Shown: piece after piece, positions 56,846-64,000 of the stretch
Layout of the letters: every line of letters begins with the position of its first letter
Numbering within the stretch: the stretch's first letter is position 1
NCBI GenBank assembly: GCA_017631325.1
Contig: JAGBTM010000025.1
Location: forward strand, 2,620-66,619
DNA length: 64,000 bases
Source: Clostridia bacterium
GTDB taxonomy: Bacteria > Bacillota > Clostridia > Oscillospirales > CAG-272
Direction of reading: 5' to 3'
The notes under the pieces: generated by a model
Database searches by the model: none
Seen by the model: only the letters and a program-made list of their open reading frames with translations
Told to the model about the DNA's origin: nothing
Translations under genes and position numbers: made by a program

Positions 56846-56874
56846 TTTCTGCCACAGAATTTGTGGCAGAAAAT
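56846..56874 (-). promoter_or_regulatory. Intercistronic 12-bp stem-loop between the aldolase and E2 genes
   Basis: TTTTCTGCCACA-loop-TGTGGCAGAAAA. No U-run follows on the coding (minus) strand, so it is not a classical terminator. Confidence 0.35.
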
Positions 56875-56882
56875 CGCATTTT

Positions 56883-57566
56883 TTATTTTTCGAGAAGCTT
56901 TAAGAGAGTTGTGTCGCCAAATGCCGACTTCCAATCTCTCTCGAAGCCGAGAATAGAGGTGTCGGTAGTAGTATGCGAAATGAGCATCCTCATAATAGAC
57001 GAGCCAATTGTAGCCGAGTGACAGCCTGCGACTGCTACGTCAAGAACCTCTTTTGCGGTCTTGAAGCTGGCAGCGAGTATCTGAGTTTTGGTGCCTGCCG
57101 TTTTGAATATAGCGGCAATATCTGCAACCGTACCTATACCGTCTGCGCAAAGGTTCTCAGAGCGGCTGATGTAGGGCGCGACGTAGGTTGCGCCTGCGTT
57201 GGACGCAAGCATTCCCTGTGCGGCTGTTAGCACTGCTGTCACGGTTACACCGTAGCCACGGTCGGCAAGGTATTTGGTTACGCGAAGTCCCGTATCGGTT
57301 ACGGGTATCTTGACGTAGGTGTTCTTGCCAAACGTACGGACGAGCGCCTCTGCCTCTCTGATAATGTCCTCAAACTTTGTTTCGGTTACCTGAATATGTA
57401 ACTCCTTATCCTCACCGATAATTCTTCTGATATCGGAAAGCTGTTTTACAACGTCGCCCCCCTCCTTCGCAAGAATGGTGGGGTTAGTGGTTACGCCCTC
57501 AATGGGATAATAGGTATTGAAATACCTGATATTATCAAGATTTGCTGTGTCTAAAAGAATTCTCAT
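56883..57566 (-). CDS. Transaldolase-family 3B / fructose-6-phosphate aldolase-like
   Basis: 227 aa; LDTANLD..GVTTNPTI and Schiff-base lysine context TYVKIP. Confidence 0.8.
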   Translation of the reverse strand: MRILLDTANLDNIRYFNTYYPIEGVTTNPTILAKEGGDVVKQLSDIRRIIGEDKELHIQVTETKFEDIIREAEALVRTFGKNTYVKIPVTDTGLRVTKYLADRGYGVTVTAVLTAAQGMLASNAGATYVAPYISRSENLCADGIGTVADIAAIFKTAGTKTQILAASFKTAKEVLDVAVAGCHSATIGSSIMRMLISHTTTDTSILGFERDWKSAFGDTTLLKLLEK

Positions 57567-57621
57567 TTTTCGTCTTTTCTAACCTACTTGTTTTCTATTC
57601 GTAAGAGTTGGCTTTTATTGA

Positions 57622-58242
57622 TTATCTCTTCCACTGAAGCTCGTAGTGTACGTCGAACGCCTTTTCGTCGTCGGTGTACTTACGAAGAGTGTTTACAACC
57701 TCACCGTTGTTGTACTTTCTGTCGTTGATAGGATCAGCAGTACCCATAACGGTTACGTTAAGCTGTCTGCGACGCGCACGAACGTGGTCCCAGTCGATAA
57801 AGTAAACATGAGCGAACTCACCGCCGTCAAGAACGCCGTCCTTGATGGTCATGGTTTCGCTTCTGCCGAAGAATACGGAACGAAGGTGACCGTCAGTGTT
57901 CATGCTGGTGAAGTCGCCGGGCTCGTTTACGTATCTGCCGAACTGAGCGTGGATAGGACCGGGGTGACGGTACTGATGCTCCTCTGCGAAGTCGGGGATC
58001 ATCTTTCTCATGATGTCGAGAAGGTCGTGCTGAAGGTACTCGAGGTCGAACGAGTCAACGTCGTGAGAGCACTCCTGAACCATTACCGAGCAGGTGGTGT
58101 GGTGAGAAGCGATACATACGGTACCGTTCTTAACGCCAGACTCTGCAACGATGTTGAGAATGTCGCTGGTTACGTCGTGGAAGGTGGGGATCCATCCTCT
58201 AGACTGAAGCTCGATTTCCTTTTGAAAAACTTTGAATTCCAT
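57622..58242 (-). CDS. YjbQ/UPF0047-family protein with a C-terminal extension
   Basis: 206 aa. Family pattern: SRG..F.DVT..I...V..SGV.NG.V.I...HTT.S, then H(x)S and a G-x-W/F-x-x-V/I-Y/W region. It is about 60 aa longer than typical members. Confidence 0.55.
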   Translation of the reverse strand: MEFKVFQKEIELQSRGWIPTFHDVTSDILNIVAESGVKNGTVCIASHHTTCSVMVQECSHDVDSFDLEYLQHDLLDIMRKMIPDFAEEHQYRHPGPIHAQFGRYVNEPGDFTSMNTDGHLRSVFFGRSETMTIKDGVLDGGEFAHVYFIDWDHVRARRRQLNVTVMGTADPINDRKYNNGEVVNTLRKYTDDEKAFDVHYELQWKR

Positions 58243-58404
58243 GTGTTTTTTCTCCTTTAATATAAAAATATTTTTTATTATTGTATTATTTAATATTTTG
58301 CTGTTTGATGCTTCTTCTTTTTTGTTGCTTTTTGTTTTGTTTTTGCTGCGATTTGTGTTGATTTGCCATTAAACCGTCGGTGAGGCGGTCGCGCTTTGCC
58401 CTAA

Positions 58405-59019
58405 TTACTTATTGTTAAGGCGCTTGCCTACCGCTCCGCCCGGATGGATAAGAGCAAAGGTTTCGTTCTGGTAATCGGTGTACTCGAGAAGCGCGGTCTG
58501 AAGCGCGTCGAATATTGCCGAGGTAACTGCAAAGCTAGTAGTACCCTGGCAGTTGTACTTATCACACTCACGGCTTATAGTCATCTTGAGCTTAATGTCG
58601 GAAAGCTGCGCAAGAGGCGACTCGAGCTTCTCGGTAACGATAATAACCGTTGCACCCTTGGTGCGAGCAACCTCAGCGATAGGAATAAGCTCGTCGGTTT
58701 TGCCACCGCGGGAAACAATCAGAAGAACGTCTCCCTCGTGGAGATAGCCAAGGCCACCGTGTACGGCCTCTGCGGGAGAAAGAAATCTCGCAGGAAGGTC
58801 AATGCAGCACATAAGGTGAGCAAAGTGACGGCAAGCGATACCTGAATGTCCGCAGCCTGCCGCAGCAATTCTGTCGGCCTTTGCAAGAGCCTCTACTGCG
58901 CGTCTGAATTCCTCTCTGTCAAGTCCCTCGCCTGTTGCGAGAATAGACTCGCTCTCAATTTTGAAAGCATTATATGCGGAATCTAAAAATTCCTCTTTCA
59001 TTACAAAATTACCCTTCAC
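58405..59019 (-). CDS. Single-domain SIS sugar-phosphate isomerase (KpsF/GutQ-like, no CBS pair)
   Basis: 204 aa; GCGHSGIACRHFAHLM, PAEAVHGGLG, SRGGKTDE, and C-terminal HPGGAVGKRL as in arabinose-5-P isomerases. GTGA overlap with the upstream gene. Confidence 0.7.
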   Translation of the reverse strand: MKGNFVMKEEFLDSAYNAFKIESESILATGEGLDREEFRRAVEALAKADRIAAAGCGHSGIACRHFAHLMCCIDLPARFLSPAEAVHGGLGYLHEGDVLLIVSRGGKTDELIPIAEVARTKGATVIIVTEKLESPLAQLSDIKLKMTISRECDKYNCQGTTSFAVTSAIFDALQTALLEYTDYQNETFALIHPGGAVGKRLNNK

Positions 59020-59720
59020 GCCTTATGTACCTCGTCCCACGTTTTGCGAAGCGTGTAGAGCATCTCCTCTGCTGCCGCCTCGGGATCCTTAGCCTTCATA
59101 ACGCCACTTGTACAGCCGGTTGCCTGAGCGCCTGCTCTGATAACGTTTGCAACGTCGTCGGGACCGGATATTCCCGCGCCCTGAAGAACCATGATGTCGG
59201 GGTTGATTTTGCGCACTGCCTCGATAGTGTCCTTGACGTAGTTCATATCGCTGGCAACACCCGTTCCGATAAGCTCGGTGGGCTCTGCTACGATAAGGTT
59301 AGGACCGAGAAGAGCGACCTGGCGAATCTCCTCTACGGAGTCAGCGCAAACGATAGTAGCAAGACCTACCTCATCTGCACGCGCGATTGCACTCTTTACC
59401 TCATCGAGAGTGAGCTTCTTCTCTGCGTGGTTAAGCATAACGCCAACTGCGCCTGCTGCCTTAATTGCCTCGGGCAAAACAGAACCGAGGCCACGACCCG
59501 GAACGAGCGAGTCCATGTGCTGTGCATAAACGTGGATACGTTCAGTGTTCTCGGCCAGAAGACGAATATCGGTGTACTGAGGCGTAACGATAACGTCAAG
59601 GTCGTACTTGTCAGCTATTTTGTCGATAGCCTTTGCAAGCTTCAGCATACGCTCACCCCACATAAAGCACTTGGGACCTATCTCGAAATACGGAGCGCGA
59701 ATTTTGTAATTCTTAAGCAT
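59016..59720 (-). CDS. Triose-phosphate-isomerase-family protein (archaeal short type)
   Basis: Start trimmed to MLKNYKI, with an AGGAG SD. LNHAEKKL and AEPTELIGTG resemble the archaeal TpiA motifs NHSE and EPPELIGTG. Confidence 0.6.
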   Translation of the reverse strand: MLKNYKIRAPYFEIGPKCFMWGERMLKLAKAIDKIADKYDLDVIVTPQYTDIRLLAENTERIHVYAQHMDSLVPGRGLGSVLPEAIKAAGAVGVMLNHAEKKLTLDEVKSAIARADEVGLATIVCADSVEEIRQVALLGPNLIVAEPTELIGTGVASDMNYVKDTIEAVRKINPDIMVLQGAGISGPDDVANVIRAGAQATGCTSGVMKAKDPEAAAEEMLYTLRKTWDEVHKA

Positions 59721-59813
59721 TTTGTTTCTCCTTATAGACTTGTCGGACGAAATCACCGTTTCTTAAGCGTTGGTTTCGATTTGCTTTCGTTTCGGTTTGT
59801 TTTCGTTTATCTT

Positions 59814-59842
59814 ATAATACCACATTTTTAAGCGTTTGTCAA
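59814..59842 (-). promoter_or_regulatory. Sigma-A promoter for the minus-strand sugar/dehydrogenase operon
   Basis: On the minus strand: TTGACA (59837-59842), 17 nt, TATTAT (59814-59819). One TTAAGCGTT repeat overlaps the spacer. Confidence 0.55.
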
Positions 59843-59946
59843 TAGCTTTTAACATATTTACATGTTCTTTATATATATATTTTTTGCTAAGGTTTCGCTA
59901 TTTTTTCGCTTTGGTTTTGAAAGAAAAATTTATCCTTGCATTTCGC

Positions 59947-59975
59947 TTGCGTTTTTGCATTTTGTGTGTTATAAT
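59947..59975 (+). promoter_or_regulatory. Sigma-A promoter for the DeoR regulator operon
   Basis: TTGCGT, 17 nt, TATAAT. Confidence 0.5.
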
Positions 59976-60012
59976 ATAGAAAACTACGTTTTTTTCGAAA
60001 GGCGGTTACAAA

Positions 60013-60777
60013 ATGCTTACTACCGAGCAAAGACGGGAAAATATCATGTCAGCAGTACATGAAACGGGGCGAGTAAAGGTTGCCGAGCTCAGCGCCGAGT
60101 ACAAGGTATCCGAGGTTTCGATACGAAAGGACCTTGAGGCACTCGAGGCAGAGGGACATCTCAAAAGGATACACGGCGGAGCCGTGGCACTCAACAAGCT
60201 CTACGTTAATATGGACCTTGGCGAGAGGTACAAAACCAACGCCACTGCAAAGCGCAAGCTAGCCGAGCTTGCGGCAGGCTTCATTGAGGACAACGATACG
60301 ATTTTTATGAATGCCGGCACTACCCTTACCTACGTTCTGCGTGCAATTAGAGGCAAAAAGAACGTGAGCATCGTCACCAACTCCATACAAAACGCTACCG
60401 AGGCAGCAGCTCATTCCTCATTCAACGTAACACTGCTCGGAGGCGAGCTTGATACAAAATATCAATTTACCCACGGAAGCGATGCGGAAAAGCAGCTTGC
60501 AAACTATCACGCAACGAAATGTATTCTCTCGGTTGACGGCGTAAGCTCGGAGGCAGGTCTTACGCTCTATTACGCTAACGAGGCTCCTCTCGCAAGGCAG
60601 ATGATAGGCTCAGCCTCTTCGGTTATCGTCGTAGCTGACGGCTCCAAAATAGGAAAAGAGGTTTTTGCAAGAATTACCGACGCAACAAAGATGGATATTC
60701 TTATCACAAACAAAACCGAAAAGCAGAAGGTCCTCACGGAGCTTGAGGAGCTTGGCGTTGAGATTTATCAGGCGTAA
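60013..60777 (+). CDS. DeoR/GlpR-family transcriptional regulator
   Basis: 254 aa; N-terminal wHTH (RRENIMSAVHETGRVKVAELSAEYKVSEVSIRKDL) plus a DeoR sugar-phosphate sensor domain. Confidence 0.85.
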   Translation: MLTTEQRRENIMSAVHETGRVKVAELSAEYKVSEVSIRKDLEALEAEGHLKRIHGGAVALNKLYVNMDLGERYKTNATAKRKLAELAAGFIEDNDTIFMNAGTTLTYVLRAIRGKKNVSIVTNSIQNATEAAAHSSFNVTLLGGELDTKYQFTHGSDAEKQLANYHATKCILSVDGVSSEAGLTLYYANEAPLARQMIGSASSVIVVADGSKIGKEVFARITDATKMDILITNKTEKQKVLTELEELGVEIYQA

Positions 60778-60915
60778 TTTTGAACGTTTAGTCCTAAACG
60801 TATATTTTCGTGCGCACAGATATGTTTTTTTGTACAAAATGTGCTTTATTTTATACGCAACGCCTTTAAAAATAGTATATAATTTAAATGTAAAATAATT
60901 TTTGGGGGTACACTT

Positions 60916-62058
60916 ATGAAATACGCTATTACCAATACGACCATCATAATGCCCGACTATATGATACCCGGCGGCACTATCGTTATCGAGGACGGTAAAA
61001 TTGCCGACTTCGGCAAGAAAATCTCTACCGAGGGTATGGAGGTCATAGATGCCAAGGGCGGCTACACAGGCCCCGGTCTTATCGACATTCACACTCACGC
61101 AGACGGCACTACTCTGTTCTCAGAGGCTCCTGCAAAGGCGGCAAAAACCGTTCTTATGCACGGTGTTACCGACGTTCTTCCCGCTCTTTATTTCAGCGAC
61201 ACGGCAGACCAGCTCGTCGAGCAGGTAAAGACCATCCGTAAGGCTATGCAGAACGGCGATGCCGACAACATTATCGGTCTTTATATGGAAGCGCCCTATA
61301 TGAACCCCAAGTTTGGCGCAAACCGTGAGAATAATCCCTGGAAAGACGTTGTTTCCAAGGATAGATTTCAGAAGGTAGTTGACGAGGCATGCGACCTTGC
61401 GAGAGTTTGGTGCATCGCTCCCGAACGCGAAAATATTATGGAGTTCGTCAAGTACGTTAAGGAGAAAAATCCCGACGCTATCTTCTCGGTAGCTCACAGT
61501 GAGGCTACTCCGGAGGACATCGAGGCTGTTATGCCCTACGGTCTTAAGCTAGCAACTCACCACATGAACGCTACGGGTACTATCTACAAGTATCCTGAGT
61601 GCCGCACCGCCTGCGTTGACGAAACCGCGCTGTATAACGACACAATTTACACCGAGCTTATCTGCGACAGAGTTGGAATACACGTTTCGCCCTATTTATT
61701 AAGACTTGTAAAGAAGATAAAGGGTGACGACAGAATTATACTTATTGCAGATGCGTTCGTGGCTGACGGACCTATTCCCGACGGTGACCTCTACGAGGGC
61801 GCAACCGATATCAACTTCGACCACGCCGGTGAAATCGCAGGCAGCAAGATGATACTCGACGGTCCCTGCCATAATATTATGGTACATACGGGTGCTTCGC
61901 TCTGTCAGGCATTCAAGTACGCTTCGACCAACCCTGCTACGATGCTCGGCCTTAAGGACAGAGGTCTTATTAAGGTTGGAAACGTCGCAAACCTTATCAC
62001 CGTTGATGCAGAGTTTGGCGTACAGTCGGTATATCTCCACGGCAAAAAGGTTAAGTAA
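60916..62058 (+). CDS. Amidohydrolase, N-acetylhexosamine-6-phosphate deacetylase (NagA)-like
   Basis: 380 aa; GLIDIHTHADG metal motif and a NagA-like layout. Confidence 0.65.
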   Translation: MKYAITNTTIIMPDYMIPGGTIVIEDGKIADFGKKISTEGMEVIDAKGGYTGPGLIDIHTHADGTTLFSEAPAKAAKTVLMHGVTDVLPALYFSDTADQLVEQVKTIRKAMQNGDADNIIGLYMEAPYMNPKFGANRENNPWKDVVSKDRFQKVVDEACDLARVWCIAPERENIMEFVKYVKEKNPDAIFSVAHSEATPEDIEAVMPYGLKLATHHMNATGTIYKYPECRTACVDETALYNDTIYTELICDRVGIHVSPYLLRLVKKIKGDDRIILIADAFVADGPIPDGDLYEGATDINFDHAGEIAGSKMILDGPCHNIMVHTGASLCQAFKYASTNPATMLGLKDRGLIKVGNVANLITVDAEFGVQSVYLHGKKVK

Positions 62059-62148
62059 TTCTTGGAGCTTAAAGCAAAAGAACATTACGTCCTTATAGCA
62101 AAAAATATTGATAAAACAACAAAAATTATTAAATAAAGGAGAAAAAAC

Positions 62149-63129
62149 ATGGCAGACATCAAAGACATTATCGTTGATCCCGCTACTAAGTTCAACTTCA
62201 ACGCAGCTGAATTTGTTCCCTTCAAGGACAAAGAGGTTTGCGAGAGAGTTCGCAAGCTCAGTGGTAAGGATCTCGAAAAGCGCGAGGCTTGGTGGCACCC
62301 CGAATTCAACGTAAAGGTTATGATGAACCCTCACCCCGTTCTCATTTCCACCCTCTTTACCCGTCTTAAAGCGGCTTCTGAGGCTGGCAGAACCTTTACT
62401 ATGATTCTTGGCAACCCTGAGCCCGACACCTACATTCCTCTTGCACAGCTTATCAACTACTTCCAGGTTGACTGCTCGAAGGTACATATCTTCGCAGAGG
62501 ACGAGTGGGCTGACCAGGACGGCAACATCGCTCCCGAGACCTACGAGGCAGGCTTCGTTCATTCGATGCTCAAGTACTTCGTATATCAGATCGATCCTAA
62601 GCTCCGTATGCCCCTTTCCAACGTTCACTACCCCACCAACGCTAACATCAATGATTACTCCAAGATAATCAACGATATTTCCGAGGGCGGCGCTGACATC
62701 ATCTCCACCTCTCCCGGTTGGGCAGGACACGTTGCATTCGTTGACCCCATTCCCGAGTTTATGGGAAGCGGCGACATCGACGAGTGGCTCAGCCAGCCCG
62801 CAAAGATCGTTACTCTTCACCCCATGACCATTATGCAGAACTCTCTTCACGGCTGCTTCGGTCAGTCCGGTGACATTGCTAACGTTCCTCCGAAGGCTGC
62901 TACCATCGGTCCTATCGACGTAATGCGCGCTAAGGAAAGAATTGAGGTTCACGCACTTCTTACTAACTGCACCTTCTCTTCCTGGCAGAGAATGACGAGC
63001 CGTCTTGTAACTCACGGTCCCGTTACTCCTCTTGTTCCCAGCTCTATGCTTCAGACCAAGAAGACCCAGGTTTACATTTCCGACGAGCTTGCTGCTCCGT
63101 TTGAGTGCTGGGAGAAGGTTGGTTATTAA
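62149..63129 (+). CDS. Divergent, enlarged glucosamine-6-phosphate deaminase/isomerase (NagB)-family protein
   Basis: 326 aa. SPGWAGHVAFVDP aligns with the NagB G-x-G-x-D-G-H-I-A-F-N-E-P region. There is a ~60-aa N-terminal extension. Confidence 0.5.
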   Translation: MADIKDIIVDPATKFNFNAAEFVPFKDKEVCERVRKLSGKDLEKREAWWHPEFNVKVMMNPHPVLISTLFTRLKAASEAGRTFTMILGNPEPDTYIPLAQLINYFQVDCSKVHIFAEDEWADQDGNIAPETYEAGFVHSMLKYFVYQIDPKLRMPLSNVHYPTNANINDYSKIINDISEGGADIISTSPGWAGHVAFVDPIPEFMGSGDIDEWLSQPAKIVTLHPMTIMQNSLHGCFGQSGDIANVPPKAATIGPIDVMRAKERIEVHALLTNCTFSSWQRMTSRLVTHGPVTPLVPSSMLQTKKTQVYISDELAAPFECWEKVGY

Positions 63130-63158
63130 TCAACCTAAAGTATTATATACTTTAATAA

Positions 63159-63198
63159 AAGCTCGGTATGCCTCACGGCGTACCGAGCTTTCTTTTTT
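63159..63198 (+). terminator. Rho-independent terminator
   Basis: AAGCTCGGTA-loop-TACCGAGCTT followed by TCTTTTTT. Confidence 0.75.
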
Positions 63199-63206
63199 GA
63201 TATCTC

Positions 63207-63257
63207 AAAAAAAGACAAAATGGCCTCCCTGAAAACAGAGGAGGCCATTGAATTTTT
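63207..63257. terminator. Bidirectional terminator, serving the HPr-like gene on the minus strand
   Basis: ATGGCCTCC-loop-GGAGGCCAT, flanked by an A-rich run (left) and a T-run (right). Confidence 0.7.
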
Positions 63258-63321
63258 AAGTTTTTACTAAAAGCATTGAAACCGTTGAGAGGCTTTATGC
63301 GATAGCTAAAATCCTAACGGA

Positions 63322-63552
63322 TTATTTAACCTCAAACTTTGCAATCTTCTCAAAAAGCGCATCAGCATCATCGGTGTGAGCCAACAGCTTGATGGGGGAA
63401 AGAAGGTCAAGAGAGAAAATACCCATAATGGACTTAGCGTCTATGGTATATCTGCCCTGAACGAGATCTACGTCATACTCAACGAGAATAACGCTGTTTA
63501 CAAAATCGCGAATGTCCTGTACGTTAGTAAGGCTGATGATGAGTTCTTGCAT
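63322..63552 (-). CDS. HPr-fold protein lacking the His15 phosphorylation site (Crh-like)
   Basis: 76 aa; DAKSIMGIFSLDL matches the HPr Ser46 region (KSIMG). The N-terminal NVQDIRDFV replaces the G-x-H-A-R-P active-site loop, so no His is present. Confidence 0.6.
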   Translation of the reverse strand: MQELIISLTNVQDIRDFVNSVILVEYDVDLVQGRYTIDAKSIMGIFSLDLLSPIKLLAHTDDADALFEKIAKFEVK

Positions 63553-63626
63553 TTTTATAATTCCTTTCGTTTGTTGAGCTTTTAAAAGCGCTGAGCTTTT
63601 AAAAAGCGTAATTTACTATCATTACA

Positions 63627-63655
63627 ATTATAGCAGAGAAAGTGATAAATGTCAA
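63627..63655 (-). promoter_or_regulatory. Consensus sigma-A promoter for the HPr-like gene
   Basis: On the minus strand: TTGACA (63650-63655), 17 nt, TATAAT (63627-63632). Confidence 0.6.
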
Positions 63656-63736
63656 CCGAATATACGGGTTTTTAAAAATATTTTTGCGCATTTGGTCTTA
63701 TGCGAGAAGAGATATAATTCGGTCGCCTCCGAGGGA

Positions 63737-64000
63737 TTACTTCGTCATTTTCTCCTGCTTAACCTTGTGGTCTATGATATGACGGGAGGCTAGCTCGCGA
63801 TGAATATCCTCAACGCTGATGCCCATCTCTACCATAAGCACCATTACGTGATAGGCAAGGTCCGCGATTTCATAAACCGTCTCGGCCTTGTCCCCCGCCT
63901 TGCCGCCTATAATAACCTCGGTGCATTCCTCACCGACCTTCTTGAGAATTTTATCAATTCCTTTATCGAAAAGGTAGGTGGTATACGAGCCCTCGGGACG
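63737..64000 (-). CDS. hisE: Phosphoribosyl-ATP pyrophosphatase domain (HisE, or the C-terminus of HisIE), 5'-truncated by the window edge
   Basis: Not in the ORF track because it has no in-window start. The minus frame reads ...[71 protein letters not shown]...* with TAA at 63737-63739. Confidence 0.8.
   Translation of the reverse strand, partial: RPEGSYTTYLFDKGIDKILKKVGEECTEVIIGGKAGDKAETVYEIADLAYHVMVLMVEMGISVEDIHRELASRHIIDHKVKQEKMTK

Noticed and set aside
56846-56874. The stem-loop between the aldolase and E2 genes as a terminator that splits the operon
   Set aside because: No U-run follows it on the coding strand. It is kept only as a possible processing or stability element.
61699-63015. 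438-aa minus-strand ORF
   Set aside because: It is antisense to the NagA-like and NagB-like genes and spans their intergenic gap without any motif. The sense genes have SDs and family motifs.

Overview
This is a 64-kb chromosomal window from a spore-forming, Clostridia-type Firmicute. That assignment is inferred from gene content: yabP/yabQ/SpoVB-like genes, a glgBCDAP-type glycogen operon, cdaA, and many near-consensus sigma-A promoters.

Most of the window is housekeeping, mainly on the minus strand:
- DUF3343 plus cysteine desulfurase, and aroK
- a GH13 amylase with glgP-glgA-glgD-glgC-glgB
- yabQ-yabP-S4-HU and a MOP-family flippase
- hemZ-dtd-relA-recJ, and cdaA
- a Crp/Fnr regulator with an NMT1-type ABC transporter
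- an alanine/glycine symporter and two tRNA pairs (His/Arg, Gly/Arg)
- efp, pepP, glnS, and an NfeD/SPFH pair
- rpmG-secE-nusG-rplK-rplA

Three parts are not ordinary.

1. Positions 1-2.4 kb form an AT-rich mini-island beside a recombinase-like gene end. It carries a multi-zinc-ribbon PD-(D/E)xK-like nuclease whose stop codon lies inside the ribosome-binding site of a 68-aa tail-anchored membrane protein. Upstream is an orphan ~115-nt structured transcript with its own consensus promoter and intrinsic terminator. This is my best candidate for an undescribed module.

2. At 48.8-51.6 kb, synteny breaks after rplA. The break contains a 45-bp tandem duplication of an AraC gene's 3' end, a gene fragment, and a 90-bp tandem repeat array inside an operon.

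3. Positions 51.6-63.1 kb hold a DeoR-centred divergent cluster with ribosomal-like codon bias. It joins NagA/NagB-like genes, an archaeal-type TIM, a SIS isomerase, a YjbQ-like protein and an FSA-type aldolase to a lipoate-dependent E2-E3-fused-E1 complex plus lplA.

All family calls are motif recognition by eye. No database search was run.
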